Made by a program: the position numbers and the translations under genes. The notes beneath the pieces are model-generated. The model was not told where the DNA came from. It searched no databases and saw nothing but the letters and a program-made list of their open reading frames with translations. 64,000 nt of DNA from the human T2T-CHM13v2.0 reference genome, Homo sapiens. Below are positions 1-11,700 of this stretch, piece after piece. Numbering within the stretch: the first letter of the stretch is position 1; each line of letters begins with the position of its first letter. The DNA is taken from the NCBI RefSeq assembly GCF_009914755.1, contig NC_060927.1. One strand, 5' to 3'.

Positions 1-159
1 CCATTGGCCTCATACTGCTAGAATTTTCCACTTGCAAATTCCACAAAAAGAGTGTTTCCAATCCGCTCTGTCTAAAGGAAGGTTCAACTCTCTGATTTGA
101 ATACATACATCCCAAAAGAAGTTACTGAGAATTCTTCTGTCTAGCATTATGTGAAGAAA

Positions 160-176
160 TCCCGTTTCCAACGAAA
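160..176 (-). promoter_or_regulatory. CENP-B box 1 (canonical; same offset in each full HOR)
   Basis: The + strand reads tcccgtttccaacgaaa, i.e. TTTCGTTGGAAACGGGA on the minus strand. Confidence 0.95.
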
Positions 177-500
177 GCCTCAAAGAGGTCCAAATATCCA
201 GTTGCAGAATTTACAAACTGACTGTTTCCAAACTCATCTATGAAAAGAAAGGTTAAACTCTGTGAGTTGAATGCACATATCACAAAGTAGTTCCTGAGAA
301 TGATTCTGTCTAGTTTTTATACGAAGATATTTCCTTTTCCACCAATGGCCTCAAAGTGCTTGAAATCTCCCCTTGCAAATTCCACAGACAAGTGTTTCAA
401 ATCTGCACTGTCTAAAGGAAGGTTCAACCCTGTGAGTTGAATACACACACACAGAAACAAATTCACTGAGAATTCTATTGTCTATCATTACACGAAGAAA

Positions 501-517
501 TCCCGTTTACTACGAAG
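501..517 (-). promoter_or_regulatory. CENP-B box 2 (variant that keeps the 9-nt core NTTCGNNNNANNCGGGN)
   Basis: tcccgtttactacgaag gives CTTCGTAGTAAACGGGA. The core is broken in U5 (12065-12081, tcccatttactacgaag). Confidence 0.8.
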
Positions 518-839
518 GCCTCAAAGAGGTCCAAATATCCAGCTGCAGACATTACAAACTGAGTGTTTCCAAAGTGCTCTATGAAAAGAAGTGTTAAACA
601 CTGTGAGTTCAATGCACACATCCCAAAGCAGTTTCTGAGAATGATTCCGTCTATTTTTTCTACGAAGATATTTCCTTTTCTGCCGTTGGCCTCAAAGCGC
701 TTGAAATCTCCACTTGCAAATTCCACAAAAAGAGAGTTTCAAATCTGCTCTGTCTAAAGGAAGGTTCAACTCTGTGAGTTGAATACACACCACAAAAAGA
801 AGTTACTGAGAATTCTTCTGTCTAGCATTATATGAAAAA

Positions 840-856
840 TCCCGTTTCCAACGAAG
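840..856 (-). promoter_or_regulatory. CENP-B box 3 (canonical)
   Basis: tcccgtttccaacgaag gives CTTCGTTGGAAACGGGA; it is followed by the diagnostic gccacaaag. Confidence 0.95.
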
Positions 857-1177
857 GCCACAAAGAGGTCCAAATATCCACTTGCAGATTCTGCAAAAAG
901 AGTGTTTCCAAACTGCTCTATGAAAAGAAACGTTAAACTCTGTGAGTTGAACGCAAACATCACAAAGTAGTTTCTGAGAATGACTCCGTCTAGTTTTTAT
1001 ACGAAGATATTTCCTTTCCTACCATTCACTTCAAAGCGCTTGAAGTCTCCCCCTGAAAATTCCACAAAAAGTGTTTCCAATCTGCTCCGCCTAAAGGAAG
1101 CTTCAACTCTGTGAGTTGAATACCCACAACCCAAAGAAGTTACTGAGAATTCTTCTGTCTAGCATTATATGAAGAAA

Positions 1178-1194
1178 TCCCGTTTCCAACGAAG
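1178..1194 (-). promoter_or_regulatory. CENP-B box 4 (canonical)
   Basis: tcccgtttccaacgaag. Confidence 0.95.
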
Positions 1195-1516
1195 GCCTCA
1201 AATACATCCAAATATCCAGTTGCTGACTTTACAAACTGAGTGTTTCCAAACTGCTCTATGAAAAGAAAGGTTAAACACTGTGAGTTGAACACACACGTAC
1301 CAAAGTAGTTTCTGAGAATGATTCTGTCTAGTTTGCATACGAAGATATTTCCTTTTCTACCAGTGGCCTCAAAGCTCTGAAATCTCCACTTGCAAATTCC
1401 ACAAAAAGAGAGTTTCAAATCTGCTGTTTCTAAAGGAAAGTTCAACTCTGAGAGTTGAATACACACCAGAAAAAGCAGTTACTGAGAAGTCTTCTGTCTA
1501 GCATTATATGAAGAAA

Positions 1517-1533
1517 TCCCATTTCCAACGAAG
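1517..1533 (-). other. Degenerate CENP-B box 5 (CGGG to TGGG; fixed in the array)
   Basis: tcccatttccaacgaag gives CTTCGTTGGAAATGGGA, a CpG transition in an essential core base. It was seen in every copy read. Confidence 0.9.
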
Positions 1534-1857
1534 ACTTCCAAGAGGTCCAAATATCCACTTGCAGATTCTGCAAAAAGAGTGTTTCGAAACAACTGTATGA
1601 AAAGAAAGGTTAAACACTGTGAGTTGAACGCACACATTGCAAAGCAGTTTCTGAGAATGATTCCGTCTAATTATTATACGAAGGTATTTCCTTTTCTATC
1701 ATTGGCCTCAAAGCGCTTGATACCTCCACCTGAAAATTCCACAAAAAGAGTGTTTCCAATCTACTCTGTCTAAAGGAACGTTCAACTCTGTGAGTTGAAT
1801 ACACACACACAGAAAGAATTCACTGAGAATTCTTCTGTCTGGCATTACATGAAGAAA

Positions 1858-1874
1858 TCCCGTTTCCAACGAAG
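1858..1874 (-). promoter_or_regulatory. CENP-B box 6 (canonical)
   Basis: tcccgtttccaacgaag. Confidence 0.95.
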
Positions 1875-2371
1875 GCCTCAAAGAGGTCCAAATATCCACT
1901 TGCAGATTCTGCAAAAAGAGTGTTTCAAAACCGCTCCATTAAAAGGAAGGTTGAACTCTGTGAGTTGAATGCAAACATCACAACTCAGTTTCTGAGAATG
2001 CTTCTGACTAGATTTTATGGTAAGATATTTCCTTTTCTACCGTAGGCTTCAATGCCCTCTAAATACACCCTTGCAAATTCTACAAAGAGACTGTTTCATA
2101 ACTGCTCTATAGGAAGAAAGGTTCAACTCTGTGAGTTGAATGCAGAGATCACAACGTGGTTTCTGCGAATGATTCTTTGTAGTTTTTACATGAAGATATT
2201 TCGTTGTCAACCGTAGGCTTCAAAGCACTCAAAGTATTCACTTGGAACTTTTACAAAAAGAGTGTTAGAAAACTGCTCTTTCCAAAGTAAGGTTCAACTC
2301 TGTGAGTTGAATGCACCCATAACAATCAAGAAGTTTGTGAGAATTCTTCTGTCCTGGTTTATATGAAGAAA

Positions 2372-2388
2372 TCCCGTTTCCAACGAAG
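2372..2388 (-). promoter_or_regulatory. CENP-B box 7 (canonical here; polymorphic across units)
   Basis: tcccgtttccaacgaag in U1; tgccg- or tcctg- in 8 other units. Confidence 0.93.
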
Positions 2389-2709
2389 GCCTCAAAGACG
2401 TTTAAATATCCACTTGCAGACTTCACAAACAGAGGGTTTCCAAACTGCTCTATGAAAAGAAAGGTTAAACTCTGTGAGTTGAACGCACACATCACAAAGT
2501 AGTTTCTGAGAATGATACTGTCTACTTTTTATACGAAGATATTTCCTTTCTACCATTGGCGTCAAAGCGCTAGAATTCTCCACTTGCAAATTCCACAAAA
2601 AGAGTGTTTCCAATCTGCTCTGTCTAAAGGAAGGTTCAACTCTGTGAGTTGAATACACACACACAAAGAAGCTACTGAGAATTCTTTTGTCAAGAATTAT
2701 AAGAAGAAA

Positions 2710-2726
2710 TCCCGTTTCCAACGAAG
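2710..2726 (-). promoter_or_regulatory. CENP-B box 8 (canonical)
   Basis: tcccgtttccaacgaag. Confidence 0.95.
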
Positions 2727-5700
2727 GCCTCAAAGAGTTCCAAATATCCACTTGCACACTGCACAAACTAAGTCTTTCCAAACTGCTCTATGCAAAGAAA
2801 TGTTCAACTCTGTGAGTTTAATACACACATCACAAAGCAGTTTCTGAGAATGATACTGTCTAGTTTTTATACGAAGATATTTCCTTTTGTACCATTGGCC
2901 TCATACTGCTAGAATTTTCCACTTGCAAATTCCACAAAAAGAGTGTTTCCAATCCGCTCTGTCTAAAGGAAGGTTCAACTCTCTGATTTGAATACATACA
3001 TCCCAAAAGAAGTTACTGAGAATTCTTCTGTCTAGCATTATGTGAAGAAATCCCGTTTCCAACGAAAGCCTCAAAGAGGTCCAAATATCCAGTTGCAGAA
3101 TTTACAAACTGACTGTTTCCAAACTCATCTATGAAAAGAAAGGTTAAACTCTGTGAGTTGAATGCACATATCACAAAGTAGTTCCTGAGAATGATTCTGT
3201 CTAGTTTTTATACGAAGATATTTCCTTTTCCACCAATGGCCTCAAAGTGCTTGAAATCTCCCCTTGCAAATTCCACAGACAAGTGTTTCAAATCTGCACT
3301 GTCTAAAGGAAGGTTCAACCCTGTGAGTTGAATACACACACACAGAAACAAATTCACTGAGAATTCTATTGTCTATCATTACACGAAGAAATCCCGTTTA
3401 CTACGAAGGCCTCAAAGAGGTCCAAATATCCAGCTGCAGACATTACAAACTGAGTGTTTCCAAAGTGCTCTATGAAAAGAAGTGTTAAACACTGTGAGTT
3501 CAATGCACACATCCCAAAGCAGTTTCTGAGAATGATTCCGTCTATTTTTTCTACGAAGATATTTCCTTTTCTGCCGTTGGCCTCAAAGCGCTTGAAATCT
3601 CCACTTGCAAATTCCACAAAAAGAGAGTTTCAAATCTGCTCTGTCTAAAGGAAGGTTCAACTCTGTGAGTTGAATACACACCACAAAAAGAAGTTACTGA
3701 GAATTCTTCTGTCTAGCATTATATGAAAAATCCCGTTTCCAACGAAGGCCACAAAGAGGTCCAAATATCCACTTGCAGATTCTGCAAAAAGAGTGTTTCC
3801 AAACTGCTCTATGAAAAGAAACGTTAAACTCTGTGAGTTGAACGCAAACATCACAAAGTAGTTTCTGAGAATGACTCCGTCTAGTTTTTATACGAAGATA
3901 TTTCCTTTCCTACCATTCACTTCAAAGCGCTTGAAGTCTCCCCCTGAAAATTCCACAAAAAGTGTTTCCAATCTGCTCCGCCTAAAGGAAGCTTCAACTC
4001 TGTGAGTTGAATACCCACAACCCAAAGAAGTTACTGAGAATTCTTCTGTCTAGCATTATATGAAGAAATCCCGTTTCCAACGAAGGCCTCAAATACATCC
4101 AAATATCCAGTTGCTGACTTTACAAACTGAGTGTTTCCAAACTGCTCTATGAAAAGAAAGGTTAAACACTGTGAGTTGAACACACACGTACCAAAGTAGT
4201 TTCTGAGAATGATTCTGTCTAGTTTGCATACGAAGATATTTCCTTTTCTACCAGTGGCCTCAAAGCTCTGAAATCTCCACTTGCAAATTCCACAAAAAGA
4301 GAGTTTCAAATCTGCTGTTTCTAAAGGAAAGTTCAACTCTGAGAGTTGAATACACACCAGAAAAAGCAGTTACTGAGAAGTCTTCTGTCTAGCATTATAT
4401 GAAGAAATCCCATTTCCAACGAAGACTTCCAAGAGGTCCAAATATCCACTTGCAGATTCTGCAAAAAGAGTGTTTCGAAACAACTGTATGAAAAGAAAGG
4501 TTAAACACTGTGAGTTGAACGCACACATTGCAAAGCAGTTTCTGAGAATGATTCCGTCTAATTATTATACGAAGGTATTTCCTTTTCTATCATTGGCCTC
4601 AAAGCGCTTGATACCTCCACCTGAAAATTCCACAAAAAGAGTGTTTCCAATCTACTCTGTCTAAAGGAACGTTCAACTCTGTGAGTTGAATACACACACA
4701 CAGAAAGAATTCACTGAGAATTCTTCTGTCTGGCATTACATGAAGAAATCCCGTTTCCAACGAAGGCCTCAAAGAGGTCCAAATATCCACTTGCAGATTC
4801 TGCAAAAAGAGTGTTTCAAAACCGCTCCATTAAAAGGAAGGTTGAACTCTGTGAGTTGAATGCAAACATCACAACTCAGTTTCTGAGAATGCTTCTGACT
4901 AGATTTTATGGTAAGATATTTCCTTTTCTACCGTAGGCTTCAATGCCCTCTAAATACACCCTTGCAAATTCTACAAAGAGACTGTTTCATAACTGCTCTA
5001 TAGGAAGAAAGGTTCAACTCTGTGAGTTGAATGCAGAGATCACAACGTGGTTTCTGCGAATGATTCTTTGTAGTTTTTACATGAAGATATTTCGTTGTCA
5101 ACCGTAGGCTTCAAAGCACTCAAAGTATTCACTTGGAACTTTTACAAAAAGAGTGTTAGAAAACTGCTCTTTCCAAAGTAAGGTTCAACTCTGTGAGTTG
5201 AATGCACCCATAACAATCAAGAAGTTTGTGAGAATTCTTCTGTCCTGGTTTATATGAAGAAATCCCGTTTCCAACGAAGGCCTCAAAGACGTTTAAATAT
5301 CCACTTGCAGACTTCACAAACAGAGGGTTTCCAAACTGCTCTATGAAAAGAAAGGTTAAACTCTGTGAGTTGAACGCACACATCACAAAGTAGTTTCTGA
5401 GAATGATACTGTCTACTTTTTATACGAAGATATTTCCTTTCTACCATTGGCGTCAAAGCGCTAGAATTCTCCACTTGCAAATTCCACAAAAAGAGTGTTT
5501 CCAATCTGCTCTGTCTAAAGGAAGGTTCAACTCTGTGAGTTGAATACACACACACAAAGAAGCTACTGAGAATTCTTTTGTCAAGAATTATAAGAAGAAA
5601 TCCCGTTTCCAACGAAGGCCTCAAAGAGTTCCAAATATCCACTTGCACACTGCACAAACTAAGTCTTTCCAAACTGCTCTATGCAAAGAAATGTTCAACT

Positions 5701-8700
5701 CTGTGAGTTTAATACACACATCACAAAGCAGTTTCTGAGAATGATACTGTCTAGTTTTTATACGAAGATATTTCCTTTTGTACCATTGGCCTCATACTGC
5801 TAGAATTTTCCACTTGCAAATTCCACAAAAAGAGTGTTTCCAATCCGCTCTGTCTAAAGGAAGGTTCAACTCTCTGATTTGAATACATACATCCCAAAAG
5901 AAGTTACTGAGAATTCTTCTGTCTAGCATTATGTGAAGAAATCCCGTTTCCAACGAAAGCCTCAAAGAGGTCCAAATATCCAGTTGCAGAATTTACAAAC
6001 TGACTGTTTCCAAACTCATCTATGAAAAGAAAGGTTAAACTCTGTGAGTTGAATGCACATATCACAAAGTAGTTCCTGAGAATGATTCTGTCTAGTTTTT
6101 ATACGAAGATATTTCCTTTTCCACCAATGGCCTCAAAGTGCTTGAAATCTCCCCTTGCAAATTCCACAGACAAGTGTTTCAAATCTGCACTGTCTAAAGG
6201 AAGGTTCAACCCTGTGAGTTGAATACACACACACAGAAACAAATTCACTGAGAATTCTATTGTCTATCATTACACGAAGAAATCCCGTTTACTACGAAGG
6301 CCTCAAAGAGGTCCAAATATCCAGCTGCAGACATTACAAACTGAGTGTTTCCAAAGTGCTCTATGAAAAGAAGTGTTAAACACTGTGAGTTCAATGCACA
6401 CATCCCAAAGCAGTTTCTGAGAATGATTCCGTCTATTTTTTCTACGAAGATATTTCCTTTTCTGCCGTTGGCCTCAAAGCGCTTGAAATCTCCACTTGCA
6501 AATTCCACAAAAAGAGAGTTTCAAATCTGCTCTGTCTAAAGGAAGGTTCAACTCTGTGAGTTGAATACACACCACAAAAAGAAGTTACTGAGAATTCTTC
6601 TGTCTAGCATTATATGAAAAATCCCGTTTCCAACGAAGGCCACAAAGAGGTCCAAATATCCACTTGCAGATTCTGCAAAAAGAGTGTTTCCAAACTGCTC
6701 TATGAAAAGAAACGTTAAACTCTGTGAGTTGAACGCAAACATCACAAAGTAGTTTCTGAGAATGACTCCGTCTAGTTTTTATACGAAGATATTTCCTTTC
6801 CTACCATTCACTTCAAAGCGCTTGAAGTCTCCCCCTGAAAATTCCACAAAAAGTGTTTCCAATCTGCTCCGCCTAAAGGAAGCTTCAACTCTGTGAGTTG
6901 AATACCCACAACCCAAAGAAGTTACTGAGAATTCTTCTGTCTAGCATTATATGAAGAAATCCCGTTTCCAACGAAGGCCTCAAATACATCCAAATATCCA
7001 GTTGCTGACTTTACAAACTGAGTGTTTCCAAACTGCTCTATGAAAAGAAAGGTTAAACACTGTGAGTTGAACACACACGTACCAAAGTAGTTTCTGAGAA
7101 TGATTCTGTCTAGTTTGCATACGAAGATATTTCCTTTTCTACCATTGGCCTCAAAGCTCTGAAATCTCCACTTGCAAATTCCACAAAAAGAGAGTTTCAA
7201 ATCTGCTGTTTCTAAAGGAAAGTTCAACTCTGAGAGTTGAATACACACCAGAAAAAGCAGTTACTGAGAAGTCTTCTGTCTAGCATTATATGAAGAAATC
7301 CCATTTCCAACGAAGACTTCAAAGAGGTCCAAATATCCACTTGCAGATTCTGCAAAAAGAGTGTTTCGAAACAACTGTATGAAAAGAAAGGTTAAACACT
7401 GTGAGTTGAACGCACACATTGCAAAGCAGTTTCTGAGAATGATTCCGTCTAATTATTATACGAAGGTATTTCCTTTTCTATCATTGGCCTCAAAGCGCTT
7501 GATACCTCCACCTGAAAATTCCACAAAAAGAGTGTTTCCAATCTACTCTGTCTAAAGGAACGTTCAACTCTGTGAGTTGAATACACACACACAGAAAGAA
7601 TTCACTGAGAATTCTTCTGTCTGGCATTACATGAAGAAATCCCGTTTCCAACGAAGGCCTCAAAGAGGTCCAAATATCCACTTGCAGATTCTGCAAAAAG
7701 AGTGTTTCAAAACCGCTCCATTAAAAGGAATGTTGAACTCTGTGAGTTGAATGCAAACATCACAACTCAGTTGCTGAGAATGCTTCTGACTAGATTTTAT
7801 GGTAAGATATTTCCTTTTCTACCGTAGGCTTCAATGCCCTCTAAATACACCCTTGCAAATTCTACAAAGAGACTGTTTCATAACTGCTCTATAGGAAGAA
7901 AGGTTCAACTCTGTGAGTTGAATGCAGAGATCACAACGTGGTTTCTGCGAATGATTCTTTGTAGTTTTTACATGAAGATATTTCGTTGTCAACCGTAGGC
8001 TTCAAAGCACTCAAAGTATTCACTTGGAACTTTTACAAAAAGAGTGTTAGAAAACTGCTCTTTCCAAAGTAAGGTTCAACTCTGTGAGTTGAATGCACAC
8101 ATAACAATCAAGAAGTTTCTGAGAATTCTTCTGTCCTGGTTTATATGAAAAAATCCTGTTTCCAACGAAGGCCTCAAAGACGTTTAAATATCCACTTGCA
8201 GACTTCACAAACAGAGTGTTTCCAAACTGCTCTATGAAAAGAAAGGTTAAACTCTGTGAGTTGAACGCACACATCACAAAGTAGCTTCTGAGAATGATAC
8301 TGTCTAGTTTTTATACGAAGATATTTCCTTTCTACCATTGGCGTCAAAGCGCTAGAATTCTCCACTTGCAAATTCCACAAAAAGAGTGTTTCCAATCTGC
8401 TCTGTCTAAAGGAAGGTTCAACTCTGTGAGTTGAATACACACACACAAAGAAGCTACTGAGAATTCTTTTGTCAAGAATTATAAGAAGAAATCCCGTTTC
8501 CAACGAAGGCCTCAAAGAGTTCCAAATATCCACTTGCACACTGCACAAACTAAGTCTTTCCAAACTGCTCTATGCAAAGAAATGTTCAACTCTGTGAGTT
8601 TAATACACACATCACAAAGCAGTTTCTGAGAATGATACTGTCTAGTTTTTATACGAAGATATTTCCTTTTGTACCATTGGCCTCATACTGCTAGAATTTT

Positions 8701-11700
8701 CCACTTGCAAATTCCACAAAAAGAGTGTTTCCAATCCGCTCTGTCTAAAGGAAGGTTCAACTCTCTGATTTGAATACATACATCCCAAAAGAAGTTACTG
8801 AGAATTCTTCTGTCTAGCATTATGTGAAGAAATCCCGTTTCCAACGAAAGCCTCAAAGAGGTCCAAATATCCAGTTGCAGAATTTACAAACTGACTGTTT
8901 CCAAACTCATCTATGAAAAGAAAGGTTAAACTCTGTGAGTTGAATGCACATATCACAAAGTAGTTCCTGAGAATGATTCTGTCTAGTTTTTATACGAAGA
9001 TATTTCCTTTTCCACCAATGGCCTCAAAGTGCTTGAAATCTCCCCTTGCAAATTCCACAGACAAGTGTTTCAAATCTGCACTGTCTAAAGGAAGGTTCAA
9101 CCCTGTGAGTTGAATACACACACACAGAAACAAATTCACTGAGAATTCTATTGTCTATCATTACACGAAGAAATCCCGTTTACTACGAAGGCCTCAAAGA
9201 GGTCCAAATATCCAGCTGCAGACATTACAAACTGAGTGTTTCCAAAGTGCTCTATGAAAAGAAGTGTTAAACACTGTGAGTTCAATGCACACATCCCAAA
9301 GCAGTTTCTGAGAATGATTCCGTCTATTTTTTCTACGAAGATATTTCCTTTTCTGCCGTTGGCCTCAAAGCGCTTGAAATCTCCACTTGCAAATTCCACA
9401 AAAAGAGAGTTTCAAATCTGCTCTGTCTAAAGGAAGGTTCAACTCTGTGAGTTGAATACACACCACAAAAAGAAGTTACTGAGAATTCTTCTGTCTAGCA
9501 TTATATGAAAAATCCCGTTTCCAACGAAGGCCACAAAGAGGTCCAAATATCCACTTGCAGATTCTGCAAAAAGAGTGTTTCCAAACTGCTCTATGAAAAG
9601 AAACGTTAAACTCTGTGAGTTGAACGCAAACATCACAAAGTAGTTTCTGAGAATGACTCCGTCTAGTTTTTATACAAAGATATTTCCTTTCCTACCATTC
9701 ACTTCAAAGCGCTTGAAGTCTCCCCCTGAAAATTCCACAAAAAGTGTTTCCAATCTGCTCCGCCTAAAGGAAGCTTCAACTCTGTGACTTGAATACCCAC
9801 AACCCAAAGAAGTTACTGAGAATTCTTCTGTCTAGCATTATATGAAGAAATCCCGTTTCCAACGAAGGCCTCAAATACATCCAAATATCCAGTTGCTGAC
9901 TTTACAAACTGAGTGTTTCCAAACTGCTCTATGAAAAGAAAGGTTAAACACTGTGAGTTGAACACACACGTACCAAAGTAGTTTCTGAGAATGATTCTGT
10001 CTAGTTTGCATACGAAGATATTTCCTTTTCTACCATTGGCCTCAAAGCTCTGAAATCTCCACTTGCAAATTCCACAAAAAGAGAGTTTCAAATCTGCTGT
10101 TTCTAAAGGAAAGTTCAACTCTGAGAGTTGAATACACACCAGAAAAAGCAGTTACTGAGAAGTCTTCTGTCTAGCATTATATGAAGAAATCCCATTTCCA
10201 ACGAAGACTTCAAAGAGGTCCAAATATCCACTTGCAGATTCTGCAAAAAGAGTGTTTCGAAACAACTGTATGAAAAGAAAGATTAAACACTGTGAGTTGA
10301 ACGCACACATTGCAAAGCAGTTTCTGAGAATGATTCCGTCTAATTATTATACGAAGGTGTTTCCTTTTCTATCATTGGCCTCAAAGCGCTTGATACCTCC
10401 ACCTGAAAATTCCACAAAAAGAGTGTTTCCAATCTACTCTGTCTAAAGGAACGTTCAACTCTGTGAGTTGAATACACACACACAGAAAGAATTCACTGAG
10501 AATTCTTCTGTCTGGCATTACATGAAGAAATCCCGTTTCCAACGAAGGCCTCAAAGAGGTCCAAATATCCACTTGCAGATTCTGCAAAAAGAGTGTTTCA
10601 AAACCGCTCCATTAAAAGGAATGTTGAACTCTGTGAGTTGAATGCAAACATCACAACTCAGTTGCTGAGAATGCTTCTGACTAGATTTTATGGTAAGATA
10701 TTTCCTTTTCTACCGTAGGCTTCAATGCCCTCTAAATACACCCTTGCAAATTCTACAAAGAGACTGTTTCATAACTGCTCTATAGGAAGAAAGGTTCAAC
10801 TCTGTGAGTTGAATGCAGAGATCACAACGTGGTTTCTGCGAATGATTCTTTGTAGTTTTTACATGAAGATATTTCGTTGTCAACCGTAGGCTTCAAAGCA
10901 CTCAAAGTATTCACTTGGAACTTTTACAAAAAGAGTGTTAGAAAACTGCTCTTTCCAAAGTAAGGTTCAACTCTGTGAGTTGAATGCACACATAACAATC
11001 AAGAAGTTTCTGAGAATTCTTCTGTCCTGGTTTATATGAAGAAATCCCGTTTCCAACGAAGGCCTCAAAGACGTTTAAATATCCACTTGCAGACTTCACA
11101 AACAGAGGGTTTCCAAACTGCTCTATGAAAAGAAAGGTTATACTCTGTGAGTTGAACGCACACATCACAAAGTAGTTTCTGAGAATGATACTGTCTAGTT
11201 TTTATACGAAGATATTTCCTTTCTACCATTGGCGTCAAAGCGCTAGAATTCTCCACTTGCAAATTCCACAAAAAGAGTGTTTCCAATCTGCTCTGTTTAA
11301 AGGAAGGTTCAACTCTGTGAGTTGAATACACACACACAAAGAAGCTACTGAGAATTCTTTTGTCAAGAATTATAAGAAGAAATCCCGTTTCCAACGAAGG
11401 CCTCAAAGAGTTCCAAATATCCACTTGCACACTGCACAAACTAAGTCTTTCCAAACTGCTCTATGCAAAGAAATGTTCAACTCTGTGAGTTTAATACACA
11501 CATCACAAAGCAGTTTCTGAGAATGATACTGTCTAGTTTTTATACGAAGATATTTCCTTTTGTACCATTGGCCTCATACTGCTAGAATTTTCCACTTGCA
11601 AATTCCACAAATAGAGTGTTTCCAATCCGCTCTGTCTAAAGGAAGGTTCAACTCTCTGATTTGAATACATACATCCCAAAAGAAGTTACTGAGAATTCTT

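Larger units (their letters stand above)
1..2891 (-). repeat. Canonical 17-mer HOR unit U1 (arbitrary phase): 8 B-type and 9 A-type monomers, arranged as 7 dimers plus 1 trimer
   Basis: ccattggcctcatactgctagaa occurs at 1 and again at 2892. Box positions 160, 501, 840, 1178, 1517, 1858, 2372, 2710 and 3051 give spacings 341, 339, 338, 339, 341, 514, 338 and 341. Confidence 0.97.

Noticed and set aside
443-453. (CA)n runs such as tacacacacacag
   Set aside because: They are an ordinary part of these monomers, and no length variation between units was noticed.
1984-1996. Short dyad ctcag-ttt-ctgag whose loop base varies (ttt/ttg) while the stem is kept
   Set aside because: A 5-bp stem is expected by chance, and one SNV cannot show structural conservation.
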